64,000 bases of DNA from contig OZ245361.1 in NCBI GenBank assembly GCA_965226525.1, positions 468,938-532,937 of the forward strand, given 5' to 3'. This document shows, piece by piece, positions 10,938-22,885 of the stretch (positions within the stretch are counted from its first letter, which is position 1; the number at the start of each line of letters is the position of its first letter). The position numbers and the translations under genes are program-made. This DNA comes from Spiroplasma sp. Its GTDB lineage: Bacteria; Bacillota_I; Bacilli_A; Mycoplasmatales; MT37. The notes under the pieces were generated by a model. That model did no database searches. It was not told the origin of the DNA and was given only the letters and a program-made list of their open reading frames with translations.

Positions 10938-12395
10938 ATGGAAAAACAAGTATGCACTCGTTTTGCCCCCTCACCAACAGGTTTGCTTCATCTTGGCAGT
11001 GTTCGAACTGCGCTTTTTAATTATCTTTTTGCTTCTCATCATCAAGGAAAGTTTTTAGTTCGATTTGAAGATACTGATGCTAAGAGAAATCATCTTGAAT
11101 TAGTAGAAAAACAATTGCAAGACCTGAAATGATTGGGTTTGAAAATTGATGCAACAGTCAATAAAGAAGATGCTAATGGTCCTTATTTACAATCTCAAAG
11201 GTTATCTTATTATCAAAAATATGCTCAAATTTTATTGGCAAAAGGACAGGCATACTATTGTTTTTGTAGCAGTGAGGAACTGAGTTTAGAGAGAAAAAGA
11301 CAAATTAAGGAAGGAAGAAAAGCTCCCCAATACAACAGGAAGTGTTTTTTACTTTCAAAAGAGGTTGTTCAACAGAAAATGTTACAAAAAGTTCCTTTTT
11401 GTGTGCGTTTGCAAGTTGCTTTTTCTAAAATAGAGTTTGATGATCTTGTTTATGGCAAGATTAAATTTGCAGGTAAGAGTGTTGAAGATTTTGTTTTACT
11501 CAGAACTAATGGCTATCCCACCTATAATTTTGCTGTTGTAATTGATGACCATTTGATGGATATAACTCATGTTTGAAGAGGTAGTGACCATTTATCAAAT
11601 ACAGTTAAACAGATTGTTCTTTATCAAAGTTTTCAGTGAAAAATACCTTATTTTGGTCATTTAACTTTACTTCAGATTCAAAATCAAAAAAAGATGTCCA
11701 AAAGAGTTGCCAATCCTGTTCAATATCTTAGTTACTACCAAAAGCAAGGTTATTTACCAGAAGCTGTTTTTAATTACTTATCATTGTTGGGTTGGACACC
11801 AGATAAGTTTCAGGAAATTTTTACTTCTTCTGATTTAATTGCTAAATTTGCTGGCAGAGATTTAAATAAGGCACAAAGTACTTTTAGTTTAGTGAAATTA
11901 AATTGAATTAACCACAAACACATTGTACAGATGTTGCCCGCTGATTTTATCAACTATGCTTTACCATTTTGTCAAAATATTTGGCAAGAAAAGAAAATTG
12001 AACTGCCAAAATTAAAAGAAATGATTTTATTTTTTCAGAAAGAAATTCACTTTTTTGCTCAACTACCAGACTTGATCACAAAAACATTTTTTCCCCAAAT
12101 TGTTTATCAAAAAGAACATCTTTTCATCTTGCAAAAAAACAAACAACTTTTAGAACAATTTTTAACCATAATTTCTTCAATTGCTTGAAAGAAAACAGAA
12201 ATTGAAAGAGTTTTGTTAATTTTAAAAGAAAAAAGTGGTTTGAATGGTAAGTTGTTTTTTTTACCAATTCGTCTAGCAGTTGCTGGTTTAGTAAGCGGTC
12301 CTCAAATGACAGAGTTACTTTTTTTTCTAGGTAAAAAAAGGGTTATAGCGAATGTAGAGATTCAGTTGCAATGGATAGAAAAAATGAACCATTAG
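10938..12395 (+). CDS. gltX: Glutamate--tRNA ligase
   Basis: [20 protein letters not shown] (HIGH motif), [13 protein letters not shown] and KKMSKR (KMSKS motif). Five track ORFs share one frame joined by TGA. TAG stop at 12393-12395. Confidence 0.95.
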
Positions 12396-13552
12396 TTTTT
12401 TATGATGCTATTTATCAAAGGATAGTTATTACTGATCCTTTGGTTAAGTCACTGATTTATACTCCTGAATTTCAACGTCTGAAATACATCAGGCAGTTAG
12501 GAACTCTTTCACTTGTTTTTAATTCTTCATCTAATCACACTCGCTTTGCTCATTGTTTGGGAGTTTACCATTTAATTACCTCTCTTTTTGCCCGAAAACA
12601 GTTTGATAAGTTCTCTTTTCAAAGAAAAAGAGAAGTAGCTATTGCTGGTCTATTGCATGATCTTGGACATGGTCCTTTTTCTCATATTTTTGAAAAGGTA
12701 ATTGACAACTTTCATCATGAGAATTTTTCAGCAAAAATAATTCAAAATCATCAGGGAAGCATTTATGTGCTTTTACAAAAGTATGGAATTAACTTGGATA
12801 GAGTAGTTAATTTAATTTTAAACAAAAGTCAGAATGATTGAGGACAAAATCTTATTTCTGGTCAATTTGATCTGGATCGATTGGATTATTTACTTCGAGA
12901 TTGTTATTTTTTAGGCGTTTCTTCTGGTATTAACCTTAAACGCTTGTTGGATAATTTGTTTGTTGTTAATGAAAAGATTATTTTTCGTGAAAAAGTTCTT
13001 TTAGATTTAGAAAACTACTTATTGTTTCGTTTCTACATGCATAAAACTTTTTTTTGACATCCAGAGAATGTTTTTTTAGAAAATGTTTTTTCAGCTATTT
13101 TTCAAAGGATAAAAGATCTTATAAAGGAGAAAAAACTAACTGTTTTTTCTCAACAACCCTTGTGGATAGTTTTAACTAAAAAACTTCCTACTACTGCTGA
13201 TTTTTTAAAGTTAACAGATTATGAGCTTTTACATTTTTTTGCTGAAGTTCAAAGAAAAAGTGATGATGTTATTTTGAAAAAATTACTTACTATTTTTTTA
13301 CAACCTTCCCAAAGTAAACCCTACCTTTCTGATTTTAGTAAACCAGAATGAAAAAAAATGGAGGCAAATGGTTGACCTAAGAAGTATTTTTATTACCAAA
13401 ATACTTTAAGTCTAAAAATATATGAAAAAGATTGTCAAGAAATTTGAATTTTAACTGACCAAAACAAACAGCAAAGGATGAGTATGGTTTCTATTTTTTT
13501 TGACAGAACTAGGTTGTATAGAAAACAATTTCAGTTTTTAGTAAATTTTTAA
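12371..13552 (+). CDS. HD-domain phosphohydrolase (dNTP triphosphohydrolase-like)
   Basis: NHTRFAHCLGVYHL, LLHDLGHGPFSH and GQFDLDRLDYLLRDCYFLGV. Track ORFs 12371 and 13160 are in the same frame via TGA. It overlaps the gltX end by 25 nt. Confidence 0.85.
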
Positions 13553-13584
13553 ACTAAAATACTATTTGCTTATTTGGTAAGATT

Positions 13585-14520
13585 ATGACAAAAATTCAAA
13601 CTTTAGCAATTATTGGTGGTGGTCCTGCAGGTATTACAGCGGCAATTTATGCCAAGAGAGCAAACCTGCAACCAGTTATTTTTACTGACCAAATTGTTTG
13701 TGGCAAGGTTGCCAAAACACTTTTAATTGAGAATTTTCCTGGTTTTAAATCAACAACTGGACCCAAACTTTGCCAAAAGTTAGCAGAGCAAGTTAAGTAC
13801 TTAAACATCCAAGTTGTAAACCAAAAAGTAGCAAAGTTGACAGTCAATAAACAAGGTGTTTTTGTTGTTCAAACTTTTGAAAAACAATATTTTTTTGAAA
13901 AAGTAATTATTGCCTCTGGTACAAAAGAAAAAAAACTACCAACTGAGGGAGTTTTGAGATTGGAAGGGAAAGGTGTTTCATATTGTTCCAGTTGTGATGG
14001 ATACTTTTTTAAGAATCAAACAATTGCTGTTGTAGGTAGTGGTAATTCAGCTTTGGAGGAAACCAAAGTTTTAGCACAAATTTGTAAAAAAATTTACTTA
14101 CTTGCTTGAAAAGATAAGTTAGAAGCTGACTCTTTATTGATTGAAGAAGTGCAGAAATTAACAAATGTAGAAATAAAATACAACTCTATTTTGTCAGCGG
14201 CAAGAGGTAAGGATAAGTTGGAAGAAATATTAGTTACAAACACAAAGAATCAAGATAATGCAGTCATTGCTGTAAGTGGTTTGTTTGTCTATGTTGGTTC
14301 TTTGCCAAACACCGACTTTGTTGATTCTGAATGAAAAATTCTTGATAGCAAAGGTTATGTGTTGGTCAATAGTGTTTTTGCTACTAAAGTTAAAAATCTT
14401 TATGCAATTGGTGATGTTGCCAGTTCTAACATCCAACAATATACAACAGCAGTTGGTTCAGCTACAATTGCTTTCAAAGATCTTTTAACAAAAGGTTTTT
14501 TGTTCAATACAAACAATTAG
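13585..14520 (+). CDS. trxB: Thioredoxin-disulfide reductase
   Basis: IIGGGPAGITAAIYA (FAD binding), redox motif CSSCDG, VVGSGNSALEE (NADPH binding) and YAIGDV. TAG stop at 14518-14520. Confidence 0.9.
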
Positions 14521-14616
14521 TTTTAGCAGAATCATTATTTTTTAGAACAGAGATAAATCCTGTTTTGGTGTTTTAAAGTTTCAAAACTTTGACAGTTTTC
14601 ATTTAAAACTGCCTAA

Positions 14617-15558
14617 CTATCTTTGTGTTTTTTGAGAAAGCAAAACATTTACCTGATTGATTACATATATTCAAGCCAGATTAATAAGAATTGGAGTTCA
14701 ATAGTTGGCATAAATCATTGGTCGGCGGAATTCAATCCCCTCTAATCCACGTTCAAATTCAAGTTTTCTTGGTATTTTGTAGATTAGTTGTCAATTGCTA
14801 TTAGTATGACCGTTTTTAATAATTTCCAAACTAGGTTGAAATGGACTGACATAAGTTATTGCTCGATAAATTTTTGTTGCTTCACTAATTTTTGTTCAAT
14901 TACGGGGGTTATCTTTTATTTCTACAAAAATCAAAAGATTTTCAATGTTGATAAAAAAACCTGCTAAAAACAATAGAAAAAAAGGCAAAGTAAAAATTAA
15001 GACATTAAGGGTTGAAGAACTAATTGGCAGCGTGGCAAAAAAACAACCTAATGATAAACTTGTTATCATTAAAAGAAGAAAACCAGTTATTAAACCTGCT
15101 ATTTGAGCATTTTCTATTTCCTTCCGAAAACTTGAATAATACATTAAAAGACCAAATTTAATTAAAAGAACAAAAAAACCAAAAAGAAAGAAAAAACTTA
15201 GACTAACAAAAACAATTTTTAAACCAGAAATTTGAAAAACTAAAATTTTACGGAAAAGAGCAGTTCTTCGTAAATCAGCAAATCTGATTGCAAAATAAAT
15301 TAAGGTAACAAAAACAATTCAAAAAACAGCGAAGTCATACCATAATGTTAATGGATTACTAAATCTTGATGCATCAGGCACTTCATCAATGTATCTATAT
15401 TCAGTCAGCAAGATTCAGGTTGCAGACAGCAAGATAGGTAAAAAAATCAATGCAATTATGGCAAGGAAATCATTAATTAATTCAAAAAAGAAAAGTTTGA
15501 AAATTACCCACAATGAATATTTCCTCATATCAACTTGATTATACTGCATTGTTTTCAT
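14617..15558 (-). CDS. Integral membrane protein, function unknown
   Basis: Track ORF 14896-15144(-) extends in frame in both directions through TGA codons. Start is ATG at 15558 or 15528. The stop is TAG (CTA on + at 14617-14619). Several hydrophobic segments. Confidence 0.6.
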
Positions 15559-15830
15559 TTGTTTTTTTGTGCAACCTAAATTTGTAGTCTAAATTAGACA
15601 GTAATGGAGAATGAATGAATTTTCCTCTTTTCCTCTTTCTTAAAAGCAAGATTTTGCTCTCAATTTAATTTTTTTGACCTCAAAAGAAGTTTAAAAACCT
15701 TCTCAGTTGTCAATAACAGTTATTTTTTTATTTGAGTTTATTTCATTGATTGCTTACTTTTGTTTTTAGAGAGCAATTAACTTTGTGATAAATTAATGGT
15801 AATTATTATGTTTTCTCACTAACAAACAGA

Positions 15831-17474
15831 ATGATTTTAACTTTTAGTCTCCAAAAAACTCTACAGTCTGTTTTTCAAAGTTTAAATTTAAAGACAGAAA
15901 GGTTCAGTGTTTGATTTTCTTTGAATGTTAAAGATTCTCACTGTTATTCAAATGCCATAATTTTGATTGCTAAATTGAATGCTGTTTCTGAAAAAACATT
16001 GGCAAACCAGGTTATTACTTTAATTAAGAAAACTGAAACAAACATTGTTAAAGTAGTTTTTGCTAATGGTTTTTTAAATTTCTACTTTCAAACTTCTTTT
16101 TTAAACAGTATTTTAGGGGTAATTTTGACTAAAAGAGAAGAATTTGGTTCTTTTTTAGTTCAGAAAAAAGGTTTAGTTAGTTATGAATGAGTTTCTGCTA
16201 ATCCTACTGGTTATTTGCATATTGGGCATGCCCGAAATATTTTTGTTGGTCAAGCAATTGTTAATATTTTGTCTTTTGTTGGTTATAAAGTGGTTAAAGA
16301 GTTTTACATCAATGATTATGGGAACCAAATGTTTCAATTAGGCAGAACAGTTTTTTATCATTATCATCAACTGTTGAATCATCCACTGCCTCACTTTACA
16401 GGAATGTATCAAAATGCTGAAACTATTTTGATTGCCAAAGAAATTGTTGATAAATTTGCCAAACGCTACCTAGGGAGTGATTTTTGCCAAAACTTAGAGA
16501 TTCAAAGTTTTTTTATTCAATTTGCTAAAAATTTTTTTCTTTTACAAATGCAAAAAGATCTTGCTAATTGAGGTATTAGTTTTGATTGTTGATTTTCAGA
16601 AAAAAGTTTGTATGAAAAGAATGGTTTGAATCTTTTTTTGGAAAGAATGAGAAAAAAAAAGTTAATTTATTCCAGGGATGGTGCTGTTTGGTTTAAGACA
16701 TTACAACCTCCTTGCTTAGATAATTTTGTTTTAGTTAAGGGCAATGGCGAACCTACTTATTTTGTTGGTGATTTAATGTACCATGAGAAAAAATTTGCTC
16801 AAAATTATGAATTAATTATCAATCTTTTAGGTAGTGATCACCACCATCACCATTTGAGGATTAGATCAGGTTTAGTTAGTTTAGGTTTTGATGTTACTCG
16901 ATTTCAAGTTGATCTTTTGCAAATGGTGAAGATGGTTGAGAATGGACAGATTTTAAAAATTTCCAAAAGGCAGGGTAATTCAATATATCTAAGGGATCTA
17001 GTTAAAGAGTTTGATTTGAATTTTTTGAAGTTTATGCTTATGTTTCGACAAAGAACAACTAAAATAGTTTTTGATTTATCTCTCATAAAAACTAAAAACA
17101 GTCAGAATCCATTTTTTTACACTCATTATGCTTATTCTCGGTGCTGTCAAATCTTGAGTAAGGTTGATCACCAATTGTTAACTCCACAAAAAAATTATGT
17201 TTGATTGAATGATGTTCTGGAGGAAGATTTGGTTTTAGCTTTGCATTGTTTTAGTGACGTGGTTCAAAAAGCAGCAAAAACCAGGGAACCACAAATTTTA
17301 GTTGCTTATGCTTTAAAATTAAGTAAAAAATTTCATCTTTTTTATGAAAAAATTCCAGTTTTAAATGCTCCTATTCATTACAAAAAGGAAAGAGTGCATC
17401 TTGTGTTTGCTGTTTTTCAAATTCTACAACAAACATTAAAACTTTTGGGTATTTCATTGCCTAAACAGATGTAA
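15831..17474 (+). CDS. argS: Arginine--tRNA ligase
   Basis: [15 protein letters not shown] (HIGH motif), a GSDHHHHH region and a C-terminal DALR-like anticodon-binding domain. Four track ORFs share one frame. Confidence 0.9.
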
Positions 17475-17488
17475 AAAGAGGTTTTTAG

Positions 17489-19114
17489 ATGAAATTGAGT
17501 AGTTGTAAAATTGTTTTTGTTTTGGGTGGAGTTTTTTCTGGCATTGGCAAAGGCATTGTTGCTAGTTCTATTGGTAAGTTGTTGAAGCATAACTCTCTAA
17601 AAGTTTCTATGCAAAAATATGATCCTTATCTTAATGTTGATTGTGGACTTTTAAGTCCTTTTGAACATGGTGAAGTTTTTGTTACTCATGATGGTTTAGA
17701 AACTGATTTAGACTTAGGAAGTTATGAACGTTTTTTGAATCAAAAGATGTCTTCTCTCTCTTCAGTTACTTCAGGTAAACTTTATCAGGAGTTATTACAA
17801 GAAGAAAGGCAGCATAAATACAGGGGTCGAACAATTAATATTTATGATGTAGCTAACAAGATCAAAAATAAAATTTTTGCTCTTTTAAAAAAAGAAAAAA
17901 GTGATTGTTTAGTTGTTGAACTAGGGGGGACAATTGGTGATAATGATCTAAAACCATTTTTAATTGCTGCTGCTCAATTACAAAAAACTTTGCCAAGAGA
18001 GCAAGTTGCTTTTGTTTTTTTAGTTCATATCTATTATCTTCAACATTTAGAACAGTTTAAAACTAAACCAGCACAAAATGCAGTAGCTAGTTTACGCAAT
18101 AATGGTATTGAACCTGATTTTGTTATCCTACGAAGTTCTAAAAATGTTGTTTTTGGTGCTAAGAAAAAATTTGCTGATGCTTGTTATTTACCTTTAACAA
18201 GGATTTTTACTTTACCAGATGTTGATATTTATTCTATTCCCCAGTTACTTTATCAAAATAACTTTTTCAATCAATTAACTAATCACTTTCAAATTAAAAA
18301 TAATCTTGATCTTTCAGCAGCAGGTTTGGTTCCACAACAAATTAATGAATTGAAAAAAAGTAATAAAAAAGTTACCTTGCTTGTTGTTAGCAAGTATGTT
18401 AATTTTAAGCAAAGTTATTTTTCTCTTTATCATGCTATTTACAATGCTTCAATCAAGACCGGCATTAATTTTGAAATTAAAGAACTTAATTCTGAAAAAA
18501 TTACAGAAGAGAATTTTGATAAGGTTTTTAATCTTACTTTTGATGGTGTTTTAATTCCTGGTGGTTTTGGTAAAAGAGGAATTTTAGGTAAGATTTTAAC
18601 AACTAAATTTGTTTACCAAAATAAAGTGCCTTTTTTGGGTATTTGTTTGGGTTTTCAAACTATTTTGATAGCTTTTGCCAGGGATAAAATTGGTTTAAAA
18701 AATGCTAATTCTGAAGAGTTTGTTACTAATGATAAAGAACAGAAAAATGTAATGATTATTAGGTATTTTGATCCTCAATCTAAGAGGATGATTATTGGTC
18801 AAAGAAAGGTAGAAATAGTCAAAAAAACCTTGCTTAGTAGTATTTTACCTACTAACTTTACCTTTGAACGTTTTCGTAACCGCTTAATTTTTGATAAGAA
18901 ATTTATTCATTTATTTGCTGATAAATCCCTGATTTTTTCTGGTTTTAGTACTGAAAATGGTGAAAAAATTCCAGTTGTTTTTGAACTGACAAACCATCCC
19001 TTCTTTATTGGCGTGCAGTTCCATCCAGAGTTTAATTCTTCTCCTGAGTTTCCCCACCCACTTTTAACTTCTTTTCTTGAATCCTGTTGAAGGTTTAGAA
19101 CGGATAAAAAATAA
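17489..19114 (+). CDS. pyrG: CTP synthase
   Basis: GGVFSGIGKGI, the glutaminase motif PFLGICLGFQ and VQFHPEF. TGA at 19088 is read as Trp. TAA stop at 19112-19114. Confidence 0.95.
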
Positions 19115-19130
19115 AAGTTGTTGTTTTTTT

Positions 19131-19139
19131 TGTTATAAT
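19131..19139 (+). promoter_or_regulatory. Extended -10 promoter element TGTTATAAT upstream of rpoB
   Basis: Consensus TGnTATAAT preceded by a T-tract, 24 nt upstream of the rpoB ATG. Confidence 0.5.
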
Positions 19140-19162
19140 CTCTTGGTTAGTCTTTTCTTTTT

Positions 19163-22100
19163 ATGACTCTGAAACTCAAGTTTCAAAACTTTGGCAACTA
19201 CTCTACCCGGATTGATTATACAAAGCAGAATCTGGTTTCTAGTTTTTTGTCAGATGATCTAAACCACATTGCAATTGATGGTTTCCATAGGTTTAGAAAT
19301 GAAGTTTTACCACTACTTTTCAAAGAAAGCTTCCCCGTTTATTCTAAAAATAAAAATAAAATTTTGTCTTTAAAAAAAGTAATTGTTGGGCAACCATTGC
19401 GTTCTTTTGAAAAAGTTCGTGGTTCCCTAGGTTCATATGAATTTCCAATTGATTTGCTTCTCAATTATCGAATTAAGGAAGATAGAGTAAAACTGTCAAG
19501 TATCAATATTTATAAAAATAATGTTGATGCTTTTGAAAAGTGGTTGAAGCAAAAGTTGAATTTTCAACAACCTAAACTAATATCTGAAAAAAATGATGTT
19601 TATGTTTTTGCTAATAAGACTCAAAACTCCTCAAAGAAGAATAAACTCCAGATTAAGATCTCAGTTTTAAGCGTTAAAGGGCATAATCTCTTTTTTAGTT
19701 TTGAGTTACAAAGTGAGTCAAATGTCTTTTTTGGTTTTTATCCAATGATTTCTGAAAAAGGCACTTTTTTGATTAATGGTAATGAAAAAGTAGTTGTTTC
19801 ACAACTAGGAAGAGCGCCAGGTTGTTACTTTTACAAACTGGCTGAGGGTGCTTTCAGTTCTGAAATTATTCCTAAGAAAGGGGTTTGAATAGATTTTGTT
19901 ACCAGAATGTCTTATAAGAAGGGAAACAGGGATGTTGGAGGGGCAACTTTGCAATTACTTTTGAATAAAAATAAAGGCAGTGGTATTTTGCTCACTGATC
20001 TCTTTACCTTCTCAGGTTTGGATAAAAACTTTGTTTTAGATCTTTTAAATAATGAAAAAGAGATTGTTAATTCCTATGATGTTCATCTGGGTCATGATCT
20101 TTCTAAAATTACTAGTATTGTTTACAGTCAAATTAGTAATAGTAGTGAAAATGTTACTTTCAACTTTAAGTTTAATGCTGTTGTTGATAAATTTTTTCAA
20201 GGTTTGTTTTTATCCAAAGTTGGTCGACATAAGTTGAATCATAGGTTGTTTGTGGGCAATGCTGTTTATAATCGAGTTTTAGCTCAAAATTTGGTTGATT
20301 ATCGTTCTAAAAAGGTAATTTTTCCCAAGGGTACCTGAGTGAGTCAGAAAGTTTGATCAAAAATTAAAACTTTTCTCAAAGAAGGTAACAACCTTCTTAG
20401 TTTAGATTTTGCTAAAAGCAAGGTCCCTGGTTCAGATAAAGTACAAGTTGTAGAGGTTTATTGTGACAATGATAAACAGGATAAAACAGTTAAATTAGTT
20501 GGAGTTAATCCTGCTTGCACTGATTTTACACTCAATGTTGCTGATTTATTAGCGCTGACTTCCTTTTTGTTAAACTTAAGATATGGAATTGGTAAAGTTG
20601 ATGATATTGATAGTTTAGCTAATAGAAATATTAAAAGTATTCCAGATATTTTGGAAAATCGGTTCTTGTCAGGATTGAACAAGGTTAGGGAGGAAGCAAT
20701 GAAACGTCTCAATGATTTAACTTCAGAAAAATACAATCATAAAATTTTGTCTTTAGTCAATTCTAGTTCACTTTCAGAAGTGATCAGAGAATTTTTTAAT
20801 ATTTCTCAACTTTGTCAATTTTTAGATCAAACTAACCCTTTAACAGAATTATCCAGCAAACGAAGAATTACTATTTTAGGTGAAAGCGGACTTAAAAGGG
20901 AGAGTGCTTCTGCTAAGGTGAGGGATATTCATTCTTCTTATTTTGGTAAAATTTGTCCTGTTGAGACTCCTGAAGGTCCTAATATTGGTCTGATTACTAA
21001 TCTTGCTTTTTATGCTAGTTTAAATGAGTATAACTTTATTCAAACTCCATATTGAAAGGTAAAAAAGGGAGTTTTAACAAAAAAAATAGTTTATCTTTCT
21101 GCTTCAGAGGAGGAGGGATTAATTATTGCTCCGGCTACAACTGCTTGTGATGGGGATGGACAGATTGTTTCTGAGTATTTATCAGTTTATTTGGGAGACA
21201 ATTTAGTTACTGTGCACAGGGAAGATGTTGAATATTTAGGATATAGTGGGCAACAAATGTTTTCTGTTTCAGCTGCCTCTATTCCTTTTCTGGAACATGA
21301 TGATGCTAACCGAGCACTGATGGGAGCTAATATGCAAAAACAAGCTGTTCCTCTTATTGATGCTGAATCACCAATTGTTGGGACAGGTAATGAGTCATTG
21401 ATTGCTCGTGATTCTGGTTTTACCCTTGTTAATAGAGTTTCTGGTAGAGTTTTGTATGCTGATAGTTCCTCAGTAAAAGTAAAAACTAAAGATAATGAAG
21501 TTAAAAATTATTATCTGACTAACTTTCTAACTTCTAATCAAAACTGTGCTTTTTTTCAAAACTTATTAGTTAAGTCAGGTGATCTTTTAAAAGCCAATCA
21601 GGTGATTGCTGATGGTCCATCAGTCAAAGATGGTGAGTTGGCAATTGGTAAAAATCTTTTGGTAGCATTCACTCCCTGAAGAGGTTATAACTTTGAAGAT
21701 GCCTTAGTTATTAGTGACCGTTTGGTTAGAGCTGATGTTTTTACTTCTTTGCACATTGAAGAGTATGAAATTAGAAGATTAAGGACTGCTCTTGGTGATG
21801 AAAGGTTCACTAACCAAGTTCCCAACACTAGTCCTGAGAGTTTACGTTTTCTGGATGAAAATGGTATTGCTTTGATTGGTAGTGAAGTTAAACCAGGTGA
21901 TGTTTTGGTAGGTAAAGTGACTGTTCGAAGTAAAGGACAACTAACACCAGAAGATGTCTTGTTAAACCATTTATTTCATGGTCGTGAGCGTAATTTAGAC
22001 AACAACTCTTTAGTTGTCCCCAATGGCGGCGGGGGAATTGTGCAAAAAGTTTGTTATTTTTCTCAAAATGATTATAAAGGCAGTTTACCTGCTGATGTTA

Positions 22101-22879
22101 TTGAAGTGGTAAAAATCTCTGTTGTTCAAAAGATACCAATTAAAGAAGGGGATAAATTATGCAATCGCCATGGTAATAAAGGGATTGTGTCTCGAATTTT
22201 GCCAGCAAGCAGTATGCCATTTTTGGTTGATGGTACACCAGTTGATATTATGGTTAATCCTTTGGGTGTTCCTTCACGAATGAATGTTGGTCAACTTTTG
22301 GAAATGCACTTTGCTTATGCTGCTAATAAATTGGGTTATAAAGTTTCTACTCCTATTTTCAATGGAGCAAATGTTGATGATCTATTAGCAATTATGAAGG
22401 AGAGCAATTTATCTCCTGATGGCAAAGAAACCCTCTATGATGGAGAGACTGGTTTGCCTTTTGATCAAAGAGTAGCAGTTGGTATTATGTATTTTTTAAA
22501 ACTTTCCCATATGGTAGAAACTAAAATTCATGCCCGGAACAATGGACCATATGCTTTAATTACCCAACAGCCGTTAAAGGGAAAAGCACAAAATGGTGGG
22601 CAAAGATTTGGCGAGATGGAAGTATGAGCGCTGGAATCTTATGGAGCAGCTTATAATCTGCAAGAACTTTTAACTATTAAATCTGATGATATTAAAGGTA
22701 GAAACAATATTTTACGAGCTATCATTGATGGTTCTACAAAAGATTTTAAGTTTTCTCATTTTCCTGAATCATTTAATGTTTTGTTAGCAGAGATGCGTGG
22801 TCTTTGTTTGAATGTTGAAGTTTTAACAAATGAATCAGAGTCCACTGAGTTAGAAGGAAACAAGGAGAGTGCAGTTTAA
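19163..22879 (+). CDS. rpoB: DNA-directed RNA polymerase subunit beta
   Basis: Five track ORFs share one frame joined by TGA. Motifs include [37 protein letters not shown] and [14 protein letters not shown] stop at 22877-22879. Confidence 0.97.
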
Positions 22880-22885
22880 TAAGAA

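Noticed and set aside
15559-15830. A T-box riboswitch upstream of argS, which is common for aaRS genes in Firmicutes.
   Set aside because: I found no T-box consensus (AAnnnGGGTGGTACCGCG-like) and no specifier or terminator-antiterminator architecture in the 270-nt leader region.
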